Source: Helicobacteraceae bacterium (lineage in GTDB: Bacteria > Campylobacterota > Campylobacteria > Campylobacterales > Sulfurimonadaceae). Taken from it: a stretch of DNA of 55,952 bases. This document shows, one piece after another, positions 10,601 through 19,362 of the stretch (positions are counted from its first letter, which is position 1; each line of letters begins with the position of its first letter). The position numbers were made by a program, and so were the translations under genes. The notes under the pieces are model-generated. The model was given only the letters and a program-made list of their open reading frames with translations, ran no database searches and had not been told where the DNA came from. Location: the NCBI GenBank assembly GCA_027859195.1, contig JAQIBF010000171.1, positions 1 to 55,952 of the forward strand. Direction: 5' to 3'.

Positions 10601-11735
10601 CATTTTCCTCCGAAGACCTTCCAATAGCGATTCCGGTGAGGGTCTGGTTGACATGGACACCGTGAAATTGCTCACCGTAGCTGCTGAAGCCGATGGTGTT
10701 GTTGTTCTTAAAAATTTCCCCAACGCGACTTTTCTGATTATTTTGTGTCATTTCCTGATTGCGCAAGATACAGTCACAGCCAATGACGAGCTGCGGTTCT
10801 CCTATATCATCATGAATCTTCTCAAATGTTTGTTCCAGATTTGAGATAAGATTTACACCATGCGCGACTCTGAGCACCAAGCCCTCTTCAATGGCGCAAA
10901 AAAATGTGAGGCTGCCATCCGGATTGGCTTTCTGAATAGAACGTACATAATCTGTCCCGTCGATCATCACTACAATGGGGGATGAAGCAAAATGCATAGG
11001 ATCGAGTTCTTGCATGCTGATACCTAGCAGTCTGGCATACTCTTCGGCTGCAGGAAGACCATTTATCTCTTTGACAATGCGCTCTTTGATATTGGCTTCT
11101 GTAACGACAAGCCGCTCTTCGGTAGAGACAAAATGTTGTGTTTTGAATATTTTGAAAGGTAAAGAAGTGGCGATGAGAACCACGACAGTACTGTCAGAAT
11201 GGAACCTGCCTTTATAGTATACAAAGGTTTCTGAAAATTTCAAGCCGTCCCCTGCCGAGCCGCCAAACAGAGGTATCGACCCCAAAGAGTGCTGCAATGC
11301 ATGGGACACAGGTTCTTCCCGTACTGACAAACCGTCAATCAGCATTAGAGCAAAGCACTCTTCAGAAGGTGCGTCCGGGACCTTGTTCTCCAGTTGCTGC
11401 AGCAGCGTTTGCGCGAACTCATGTGTACGGGAGATCGTGAATTCGTTTAAATCTTCCAACAGTCCCATAACGGCAACACAACTCTCAGACGGAAGACTTG
11501 CTCCCGAAATACTATGGTTTATATAACCGACCGGTCCAATTTCTCCGGCTGTGGTACAACCGATGACTTTCACTCCGGCGAAGAGGCGGTTCATCTCCTC
11601 TGCCAGTACGTCAAGGTCGAATTCGTTAGAGCAAAAAAAGATGACCAGTTCCATCTCCGCTTGCACTACAGATGTATAAAACTCTTTAACAGCTTCTAAC
11701 ACCGCTGTTGAGCGAGATTGCCCTGTACGGATCAT
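10590..11735 (-). CDS. nosP: FIST-domain nitric-oxide/heme sensor NosP
   Basis: GCTTAGEI, IDGLSVREE, GGSAGDG, EINGLPAAEEYA, GCDCILR, YGEQFHGVHVNQTLTG motifs; AAGGAG RBS before ATG 11735. Confidence 0.85.
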   Translation of the reverse strand: MIRTGQSRSTAVLEAVKEFYTSVVQAEMELVIFFCSNEFDLDVLAEEMNRLFAGVKVIGCTTAGEIGPVGYINHSISGASLPSESCVAVMGLLEDLNEFTISRTHEFAQTLLQQLENKVPDAPSEECFALMLIDGLSVREEPVSHALQHSLGSIPLFGGSAGDGLKFSETFVYYKGRFHSDSTVVVLIATSLPFKIFKTQHFVSTEERLVVTEANIKERIVKEINGLPAAEEYARLLGISMQELDPMHFASSPIVVMIDGTDYVRSIQKANPDGSLTFFCAIEEGLVLRVAHGVNLISNLEQTFEKIHDDIGEPQLVIGCDCILRNQEMTQNNQKSRVGEIFKNNNTIGFSSYGEQFHGVHVNQTLTGIAIGRSSEENDGV

Positions 11736-12104
11736 TATGACTCCTTCTTGACACATCATATGTATAGTATACTATACATTTTACTTATACTAAAGTCTTA
11801 TTCTATATTCTGTTTTCTCAGTTTTTTATAAAATGTCCAAACTTTTTTCCATGGTCGTGACTAATGTATTAAACAAGGATAGAAAAAGTGGTACGTTTAC
11901 TTCTTGCTCTCACACCAATTCAATCCTATTGTTTTATCAACTGTAGGGCTATAAAAAGTCTTGACAACAAGATAAAACATGATATTGGCCATACAGCAGC
12001 GCCGGAGACTATGAGGCCTTAACGGGTATAATCATAATTGAAAAAAAATTAACCATTTATGCATGCATTCCAAGAGCTACTTGGAGATGAAAAAAAGGGG
12101 TAAA

Positions 12105-12551
12105 ATGATCTGTCCGTGTGGTTCTGGAAAAACATATGAGTCGTGTTGTAAGCTTTACATTGAAGAGGGCAAAAAAGTGCCGAACGTTGAGTACTTAATG
12201 CGTTCAAGATATACGGCGTTTGTGCTCAGAAATGCCCAATATATCTTAGAGACCAACTATCGACAGGTCATTAACGATAAAGAGGTCAAACTGCTTGAGC
12301 GTGAGTTTGACAGCGTGGAGTGGCTACAGCTTGATGTCATCGACTCCACAAAAGATGAGGTCGAGTTTAAAGCCTACTATAGAGACTTTAATGAAAAAAT
12401 TCATGTCATGCATGAAAACAGTCACTTTGTCTTTGAAGATGGCAAATGGTACTACCGCGACGGGGTCATCTATAAGTCAAAGATCGAACGCAACGAGCCA
12501 TGTCCTTGCGGCAGTGGTAAAAAGTACAAAGATTGTTGTGCAAAAAAGTGA
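12105..12551 (+). CDS. ychJ: YchJ family protein with SEC-C motifs
   Basis: CPCGSGKTYESCC, LMRSRYTAF, WYYRDG, RNEPCPCGSGKKYKDCC. Confidence 0.9.
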   Translation: MICPCGSGKTYESCCKLYIEEGKKVPNVEYLMRSRYTAFVLRNAQYILETNYRQVINDKEVKLLEREFDSVEWLQLDVIDSTKDEVEFKAYYRDFNEKIHVMHENSHFVFEDGKWYYRDGVIYKSKIERNEPCPCGSGKKYKDCCAKK

Positions 12552-12783
12552 GTTAAACTAATTCGCTATTTAGATATTTTTCGTGTTTAAAATATAAGCT
12601 TTAATAATCAATACGGTATAGTTTTTCATATTTGTTAACAGGATTATGAATGGTACCTACTGACAACAATCAACACGATTACGACGACAGAATGCTCGAA
12701 GTTTTTGTCAACAAGCCTGAATCAACCGTATGGTATAAAAATGTTTTCAGCCGCTTTAGTGTCAACGGCGTTGAGAAGATGTC

Positions 12784-14451
12784 ATGGGTCTGGAGATGGT
12801 AAGCCGTCGTACTCCATACGCTCTTCTAAATCTCAAACATTTTCTCGCTGCACTCCTGCTTGTAACCTTGGCCGCTGGCCTGAGGGTATGGCCGCTACAA
12901 GCGCTTGAGTCGGAACTTCCCTGGCTGACATTCTATCCTGCAGTGATTGCTGTTGCCCTCTATGCTGGACTTTACGGCGGATTGATGGCCACCGTGCTTG
13001 CCTGTCTCACGGTCCTATTCATCTGGCCGCTATTGGTTGCCCGCCCTTTTATTGAGAATGGCTTTGACCTTCTGGAGATGGCCCTTTTCGCCATCATATG
13101 TGCGCTAATCTCCTACCTTGCCGAAGCCATGCACCGCATTCAAAAGAGACTCGAGCAGACCGAATCACGCTCACAGGCCACTGCCCAACATGGGCAATTC
13201 ATCGGATCCATCATTGATTACATGCCCAACATGATCGGCTATTGGGATAGAGACTTGCGCTGCCGATTTGCTAACAATGCCTACCGTGAGTGGTTCGACA
13301 AGCAGCCCGAGGAGATAATCGGTATCACGTTTAAGGAACTGACGGGCGAGAACCTGTTTACCCTCAATGAACCCCATATTCACGGAGTCCTGGCAGGCGA
13401 GTCGCAACGCTTTGAGCGGACTCTAAACAAAGCCAATGGCAGCGTAGGTCATATCCTCGGCCATTATATCCCCGATTTCGATGCCGATGGCAGTGTCAAA
13501 GGATTTGCGATTCAGGCCAGCGAGGTGACGGAGCTAAAGGAGACGCAGGCGCAACTTCAACTGGCCGCGTACGTCTTTGACAACACGGTAGATGGTGTCG
13601 TGATCACCGATGCCCAAGGGATCATCTTGTCGGTTAACCCGGCCTTTATCGAAATAACCGGCTATACAGCTGAGGAAGCTGTCGGAGAGACCCCTCGCAT
13701 CCTTAAATCCAACCGGCACGACCCGGAATTCTATGCCTCTATGTGGGAAGATATAAACACCAAAGGCCAATGGAGTGGCGAGATATGGAACCGTCGTAAA
13801 GACGGGGATGTTTTCCTGGAACGCCTGAATATCAGCATGGTTCACGACGCGGACGGCGAACCTGTTCGCTATGTATCGATATTTAGCGATATTACTGATC
13901 GTTGGCGTAAAGATACACACTTAACGCACCTGGCTTTTCACGATGCCTTGACCGACTTGCCAAATCGCACCTTGCTGATGGAGCGACTGGAACAAAAGAT
14001 CATCCATTCCAAGCGTCAGGAGGGGAACCTGGCGCTGATGTTCCTCGACCTTGACGGGTTTAAGCTCGTCAACGACCAGTTTGGCCACAACATCGGAGAC
14101 GACCTCTTAAAGGTGGTCGCCGAAAGACTCCTGACACTGGTGCGACAATCAGATACTGTGGCCCGCATAGGCGGTGACGAGTTCATCTTTATGCTTAACA
14201 ATCCGAAGAGCAAAGAAGGGGTTATGTATGTTGCCAACCGTGTTCTCAACTCCATTAATGAGCCTATTGAGATTCGCGGTGAAGTGCACCAGATAGGGAC
14301 ATCCATCGGCATTGCCATCTTCCCCGCTGACGGAGAGACATCCGTTGAGTTGATCAAGAATGCCGACACGGCAATGTATGCCGCCAAAAGCTCGGGTAAA
14401 AATACAGTTAGTTTTTTCTCGCCTGAAATGTCAACGGCCAGAAACAGCTGA
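12784..14451 (+). CDS. Membrane (DUF4118-like)-PAS-PAS-GGDEF diguanylate cyclase
   Basis: N-terminal TM region, two PAS domains, HDALTDLPNR, DLDGFK, ARIGGDEF. Confidence 0.9.
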   Translation: MGLEMVSRRTPYALLNLKHFLAALLLVTLAAGLRVWPLQALESELPWLTFYPAVIAVALYAGLYGGLMATVLACLTVLFIWPLLVARPFIENGFDLLEMALFAIICALISYLAEAMHRIQKRLEQTESRSQATAQHGQFIGSIIDYMPNMIGYWDRDLRCRFANNAYREWFDKQPEEIIGITFKELTGENLFTLNEPHIHGVLAGESQRFERTLNKANGSVGHILGHYIPDFDADGSVKGFAIQASEVTELKETQAQLQLAAYVFDNTVDGVVITDAQGIILSVNPAFIEITGYTAEEAVGETPRILKSNRHDPEFYASMWEDINTKGQWSGEIWNRRKDGDVFLERLNISMVHDADGEPVRYVSIFSDITDRWRKDTHLTHLAFHDALTDLPNRTLLMERLEQKIIHSKRQEGNLALMFLDLDGFKLVNDQFGHNIGDDLLKVVAERLLTLVRQSDTVARIGGDEFIFMLNNPKSKEGVMYVANRVLNSINEPIEIRGEVHQIGTSIGIAIFPADGETSVELIKNADTAMYAAKSSGKNTVSFFSPEMSTARNS

Positions 14452-14669
14452 CAAACGGAGTAAGAGACTAAGAGGAGGCAGTTGGCTATTGTATATTGAG
14501 CGTTGATGGTGACATAAACTCTCGTACGCATTTCCATGTAAATATAGGAATATTTACGTCAGATCCTTTACCCCCTGCTTCTCTTTCACCTCAACCTTAC
14601 CATTTCTCTCCGTCACTTAATCGTGACTGATCTCACCCGCAATTTCCTGCTCTTTGACCTTAATACCCT

Positions 14670-14837
14670 CCGACATCGCCGCCGAGTAAATACAACAGAA
14701 ATATTCCCAACTGGCTCGACTCCGTCATCATGAGGGCGATCGCTATGGACGTTTCGGAACGCTACCAACACTACTCCGAGTTTTTTTTAGCTATGGTTTT
14801 TATAGAAATTGCTACAATACTCTACTTTACTACATAA
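14670..14837 (+). pseudogene. Remnant of the C-terminus of a Ser/Thr protein kinase (kinase/phosphatase type)
   Basis: Start-less frame PTSPPSKYNRNIPNWLDSVIMRAIAMDVSERYQHYSEF plus a short TM; resembles kinase subdomain XI. Confidence 0.5.
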
Positions 14838-14874
14838 ACAGATCTCTACATCAAGAGACTGCCAAAGGACTCTT

Positions 14875-15405
14875 ATGCGTATTTTTCTCGCTCTTTTTCT
14901 TGCCTTGTTGATCGGCGGATGTTCGTCGCTGAAAGTGGCAACCGACTATGACCCTGACGCTGACATCAGCGCTCCAAAAAGCTTTGCGATCGTCCATAAA
15001 ACGCTCGAAGGTGAAGACACCTTGACTGCCGACCGTATTATTGCCGCATTACAAAATGAGCTCAAAGCCAAAGGGTACACCGAAACAACCCAAGAGAGTG
15101 CTGACTTTTACATCCTCTTCCACACCGGGGTCACGTCCAAAACACGTATCGACACCGACTACCAATATGTCAACATGTACCCTTACTCCTACGGTTACGG
15201 CTACCAAACAATCGCTATCCCCCAGACACGTACCTACACCTATGATGAGGGAAAACTGATCGTCGATGCTGTTGTTCCCCAAAAGAACAAGATCATCTGG
15301 CGCGGTACTGCGGTCGATTATCTTAAAAGTATGAAAACACCCCAAGAGAAGACAAATTATATTAACAAAGTTCTCAAAGCATTGATGCAAAAGTTTCCAA
15401 AATAA
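14875..15405 (+). CDS. DUF4136 family lipoprotein
   Basis: Lipobox LIGGC, DYDPDAD, YDEGKLIVD, IIWRG, C-terminal FP. Confidence 0.8.
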   Translation: MRIFLALFLALLIGGCSSLKVATDYDPDADISAPKSFAIVHKTLEGEDTLTADRIIAALQNELKAKGYTETTQESADFYILFHTGVTSKTRIDTDYQYVNMYPYSYGYGYQTIAIPQTRTYTYDEGKLIVDAVVPQKNKIIWRGTAVDYLKSMKTPQEKTNYINKVLKALMQKFPK

Positions 15406-15464
15406 AGACTATTTTTAGGCGTCGCACTCTATACTCATCGTATAGATGGCAATAAGGAGTTTGG

Positions 15465-16793
15465 ATGGGTGACTGGTTTTATCGTCTCTTGCATTATAAA
15501 AAAACTTCAGAGCCTATACTTCATGACTTTGGACGCGATATTAATGCCCGGATCAACCCCCAAGAGCATCAGCTTTTCAACCAGGCCGTAGAAGCTTTCC
15601 GTGAAGGAAAAAAAGTAGAAGCTTTTGAATACTATCTCCGTTCATTGGAGAACTTCAACGCCGGTGTGTCTAACGAGAATGTACGGATTCACTATGAAGA
15701 GGAGGCGCTGCACTTTGTACTTTATCAGGGAACTGCCGTTGTACACGGTGTGATCACTGACAAGACATTTCAGGCCAACACGGTCATAACCAGCAAGGCA
15801 CTGATGAATGTTGCCGTAAAACGCCACATTTTAGAACGCAACGAGCTGCTAACCTATGTCTGCTACTATACTCACAGTGACTTTTTGGAGCTCAAGCTCT
15901 ATCTTGACAACACCACGATGACACCCCAAAAGATCTTCTACCCGCTCCGCGAACTGGCCCTTAACGCCGACTATGAAAAAGAGTACCTGCACTATCACTT
16001 TAAGCAAGAACGGTTGACAGAAGTAGAGCACCTTCAAAAGATTGACGAGAACGAGCTTCGGATCAAATACGACGCCATGCAAAAGTGGATCGAAGAGTGC
16101 CAAGAAGAGTTGACACAGCTTCCGGCCAATGACAACATCAGCACCGTCTCTTTTACCCTTTTGAGACTCCTTTTTCAGATAGACTACCTGCTCGTTCCGC
16201 ATAAAGATATGATGCAGGAGATCTTTGAAAAGGTCAACAGCTATTTTACGGACGATGAACGTCTAGTCGATCAGAAAAACGATGAGCTGCTCGTCTGTAT
16301 TCAAACCTTGCAAAAACTCGAGTTCACAGCGTTCTCATCGCAATTTTACAAGGCGCACTACACCTTTTCACCGATGGAGCACACCACCTCAGAAGAGCTG
16401 AACCAGTTCATAGAGGGTTCCCTTGAGAAGTACCGCTGGTTCAGACAGCACCGTTATGATCATGTTGCCTCCACCATCAACCGTTACATTCCGCTATACA
16501 TCCTGTACAACTACGGCCTGCACCCTTCCTACCGGACGCTTGTACACCTGCTTGTCGAGATCCAGAACAGTGATTTTTTTGTTTCGCTCGGATACAAGCC
16601 CTTGTACCATACCGAGAGCAAGCGCTTTGAGAAAGATGCCATCGTCAAGGGTATTGATGCTGCAATAAGACCTTATAAAGAGCAGTTCACCCATCTTAAA
16701 GCTTTTGGAAAGACTCTCGACTATACCACACTGGAGGAGTTCAGTCACAGTTTTTTTCTACACCTGAAAAACCTGAACTATACCGAACGATGA
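15465..16793 (+). CDS. Hypothetical protein with probable YbjN/T3SS-chaperone-like domain
   Basis: 442-aa ORF, AAGGAG RBS, ATGA overlap with the downstream protease gene. Confidence 0.7.
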   Translation: MGDWFYRLLHYKKTSEPILHDFGRDINARINPQEHQLFNQAVEAFREGKKVEAFEYYLRSLENFNAGVSNENVRIHYEEEALHFVLYQGTAVVHGVITDKTFQANTVITSKALMNVAVKRHILERNELLTYVCYYTHSDFLELKLYLDNTTMTPQKIFYPLRELALNADYEKEYLHYHFKQERLTEVEHLQKIDENELRIKYDAMQKWIEECQEELTQLPANDNISTVSFTLLRLLFQIDYLLVPHKDMMQEIFEKVNSYFTDDERLVDQKNDELLVCIQTLQKLEFTAFSSQFYKAHYTFSPMEHTTSEELNQFIEGSLEKYRWFRQHRYDHVASTINRYIPLYILYNYGLHPSYRTLVHLLVEIQNSDFFVSLGYKPLYHTESKRFEKDAIVKGIDAAIRPYKEQFTHLKAFGKTLDYTTLEEFSHSFFLHLKNLNYTER

Positions 16794-17881
16794 ATACACA
16801 GACCATACTGCAGACCTACATCAACAACATCATCCAGATCAACACCCCTTACGGCAGCGGCAGCGGTTTTGTCATCGGCAAACTTATCATCACAAATTCC
16901 CATGTGGTCAGCGGCCTCAAAGAGGTGGTGATCTCCGCTAAAAAGATCAAACGACAAAAGGCAACCGTCATCTATGATGACCAGGTCGTGGACCTTGCCT
17001 TCATTGCACTCCCGCCTCTCGAGATAGACAACCCCCTGACCTTGGCGACAGAGGCGGTGCATGACGGCGATATCGCCATAGCGGTCGGCCACCCTTACGG
17101 CCTTAACTACTCTGCAACAGAAGGGATCGTCTCAAAAGCAGACCGCTTGGAGAACGAAATCGAGTACCTCCAGATCGATGCCGCCATCAACCCCGGCAAC
17201 AGCGGCGGTCCGGTGCTTAATGTCAACGGCGAAGTCATCGGAGTCAACACCTTCATTTTGCTCAACACACAAAACCTCGGATTCGCCCTTCCCTACTACT
17301 ATGTCCGTGAGGCGCTCGACACCTTCAATGCCCTCAATACAACCAACATCATCCGCTGTTTCTCCTGTAAAAACCTCATTGAAGAGGCGAATATAGAGAA
17401 TGACTTCTGTCCCCGCTGCGGGGTTAAACTTGATGTTGCAAAACAGCGGCGTCTTGGATACCGCCCATCGGGGACAGTCGCCCTTATCGAAAAGATACTG
17501 GCATCCATGAATGTCGATGTCACCATCGCCCGAGTGAGCCAGCGCAGCTGGAAGTTTGACGAAGGCAGCGCCCGCATCAACATCATCTTTTATGAGAACG
17601 GCATCATCATGGCCGACGCCTGGCTCTGTAATATGCCCAAAGATAACATCGAAGCGATGTATGACTATCTTCTGAACAAAAACGGCAGCTTCAACTACCT
17701 GCACTTCTCCATCAGTGAAAACACCATCATCCTCTCCTACCTCATCATCGACTCCTCACTCACCTTTGAAGAGGGTAAAATCGGCCTCCAGCGTCTTAAA
17801 AAGGCGGCGAATAAATATGATGATATTTTGATCGAGAAGTTTGGGGCGACACGCCCGAAAAGGGATGAAAATGAGTTTTAA
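16790..17881 (+). CDS. Trypsin-like (S1C) serine protease with zinc ribbon and YbjN-like C-terminal domain
   Basis: GSGF, ITNSHVV, DLA and INPGNSGGP triad motifs; CFSC...CPRC; no signal peptide or PDZ. Confidence 0.85.
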   Translation: MNTQTILQTYINNIIQINTPYGSGSGFVIGKLIITNSHVVSGLKEVVISAKKIKRQKATVIYDDQVVDLAFIALPPLEIDNPLTLATEAVHDGDIAIAVGHPYGLNYSATEGIVSKADRLENEIEYLQIDAAINPGNSGGPVLNVNGEVIGVNTFILLNTQNLGFALPYYYVREALDTFNALNTTNIIRCFSCKNLIEEANIENDFCPRCGVKLDVAKQRRLGYRPSGTVALIEKILASMNVDVTIARVSQRSWKFDEGSARINIIFYENGIIMADAWLCNMPKDNIEAMYDYLLNKNGSFNYLHFSISENTIILSYLIIDSSLTFEEGKIGLQRLKKAANKYDDILIEKFGATRPKRDENEF

Positions 17882-18257
17882 AATACGAAGAAGATCAATA
17901 ATAAAAACAGGACTCTTTCTCACGATTTACATTACCTTTTCAGGCTGTAGTGTGACCAATATGCTTCAACCGGACGCCGCAAATGTCCAGATATCTGAAA
18001 ACATGCCAAACAGTGTCGAATGTACCTATCTTGGGGAAGTCATCGGGGCCGAAGGTAAACTCTATAACTACTTGTTTATCTCCAACTATGATTTGACAGA
18101 GGGTGCACGTAATGACCTACGGAACAAAGCGCATGCACTCGGCGGCAATGTTGTGCAGATAGAAACAAGATCTTCGTATTATTCAACATCGACGGTGTAT
18201 GTAGGAAATGTCTACCGATGCCCTGATATCAAATATACAGAGACACCTCATTTATAG
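17871..18257 (+). CDS. DUF4156 family lipoprotein
   Basis: FSGC lipobox, CTYLGEV, GARNDLRNKAHALGGNVV, YRCP. Confidence 0.75.
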   Translation: MSFKIRRRSIIKTGLFLTIYITFSGCSVTNMLQPDAANVQISENMPNSVECTYLGEVIGAEGKLYNYLFISNYDLTEGARNDLRNKAHALGGNVVQIETRSSYYSTSTVYVGNVYRCPDIKYTETPHL

Positions 18258-18260
18258 TCA

Positions 18261-18839
18261 CTATTTCTCAAGTTTTTTAGCCGTATCGTAGACCAGTTCA
18301 TAATAGCGGTTACTGTTATACTCGAACTCCTGGATGACCTCAAGCCCGAGTTTTCGGGTATGGGCTGCGTAAGAGCGCGGGTTGATTTTGTTGATGAAGG
18401 TGACCAAAATAGGAAACCGCTTTGCCATATGTTCGCGGGAAAAATCAAATATCTCTTCCAGAAGCCCACTTCCCCGGACACTTTTGTCGATGCAGACCGG
18501 TCCATACTGGTAGGAGTTCTCGACACTTAACCTCTGACCCAAATACTCCAGATCACCCAAGCCTATTATCATGTGAGCGAACATCGGCCACGATGACCAA
18601 AAGTGCCACGACGCCGCCATGACATAGGCAACCACCTTTTCGTCATCTCTTGCGATAAACAGTCCGCTTTCTTCATTGATAAGAGTGGTTAACTGCTCTT
18701 TGGTAAATGCTGTTGTCACAAAGCCGTCTTTCTTATCGTCTACGTGGATAGAGTCTACCTGGTATCTGTAATGCAGTGTCAATACATCATCGATATCACT
18801 GAGTTCGGCTATTTTAAATCGCAGACCATCTCTTTTCAA
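18261..18839 (-). CDS. GNAT family N-acetyltransferase
   Basis: DGFVTT, YGPVCIDKSVRGSG, FINKINPRSYAAHTRKLG; TTG start after GGAG. Confidence 0.85.
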   Translation of the reverse strand: MKRDGLRFKIAELSDIDDVLTLHYRYQVDSIHVDDKKDGFVTTAFTKEQLTTLINEESGLFIARDDEKVVAYVMAASWHFWSSWPMFAHMIIGLGDLEYLGQRLSVENSYQYGPVCIDKSVRGSGLLEEIFDFSREHMAKRFPILVTFINKINPRSYAAHTRKLGLEVIQEFEYNSNRYYELVYDTAKKLEK

Positions 18840-19105
18840 ACTTCTATCTCCTCACTAAGGTAATGCACGGGTTCCATCCCAGCACCCTGCATCATGTTAA
18901 AGAAGAACTGGGCCAGCTTTGCGTCACGAAATGGATCCTTAGAGTCAACATTATTGACCTCTCAAATGACCCGGCTTTTGAGCAGCAGCGTATGAAGATC
19001 TTTTGCTGTTTCATTACCCTTGTAGACTATAGCCAGGGATCCTCCGTTTACACCGATCTTTTTTAGTGTTTTGTACGCTGCCCAATGCACATCGATAGGA
19101 GAGCT
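18836..19105 (-). pseudogene. yceI-like gene, 3' part (interrupted by IS110; internal TGA at 18962-18964)
   Basis: SSPIDVHWAAYKTLKKIGVNGG...VI*EVNNVDSKDPFRDAKLAQFFF, with YceI-type W.AYKT..K.GV and RD..L..FFF motifs. Confidence 0.6.
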
Positions 19106-19107
19106 CG

Positions 19108-19113
19108 TATACT
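19108..19113 (+). promoter_or_regulatory. -10 box (TATACT) at the IS left end, candidate circle-junction promoter for the bridge RNA
   Basis: TATACT lies 2 nt inside the left end; analogous to IS621 junction promoters. Confidence 0.5.
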
Positions 19114-19119
19114 ACAAAT

Positions 19120-19345
19120 AACCACTCAGGTGGTACTATTATCAAACGGTAGAACGAGTTAGGATTAGCATATTGGACGAGAGCTAGACCAGTCTTACTG
19201 AGTCTGTAAAAAAGTTTAATAGCTAAACCCAAATCCTGAGTGGAAACGTAGTCAGAGTTTACCTCTAGACTGTATGTACGAGTATAGGTTAGGTTTAGCT
19301 GCAAGATCAAGCAAACGAGCATTTGCTCTAACGAACTCTACCGAT
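19120..19345 (+). ncRNA. IS110 bridge RNA with target-binding loop (19171-19221) and donor-binding loop (19221-19300)
   Basis: Stems tattgga/tttaata, agac-cagt/actg-gtct, agctaaacc/ggtttagct and agtc-agag/ctct-gact. Guides LTG 19177-19185, RTG 19209-19214, LDG 19240-19247 and RDG 19277-19282 match the flanks and ends. The exact RNA boundaries are inferred. Confidence 0.85.
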
Positions 19346-19362
19346 TTTCATTGGAGGTTCTT

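Noticed and set aside
11984-12020. ggccata...tatgaggcc hairpin upstream of ychJ as a riboswitch
   Set aside because: Short stem, no recognisable aptamer consensus, and it lies upstream of a nearby TATAAT.
19019-19023. CTTGT as an IS492-like left boundary of the IS110
   Set aside because: yceI-like coding sequence continues to 19105, and the guide matches place the boundary at 19104-19106.
19014-19322. 102-aa minus-strand ORF over the IS110 left end
   Set aside because: It is antisense to the bridge RNA, crosses the IS boundary and has no protein-like features.
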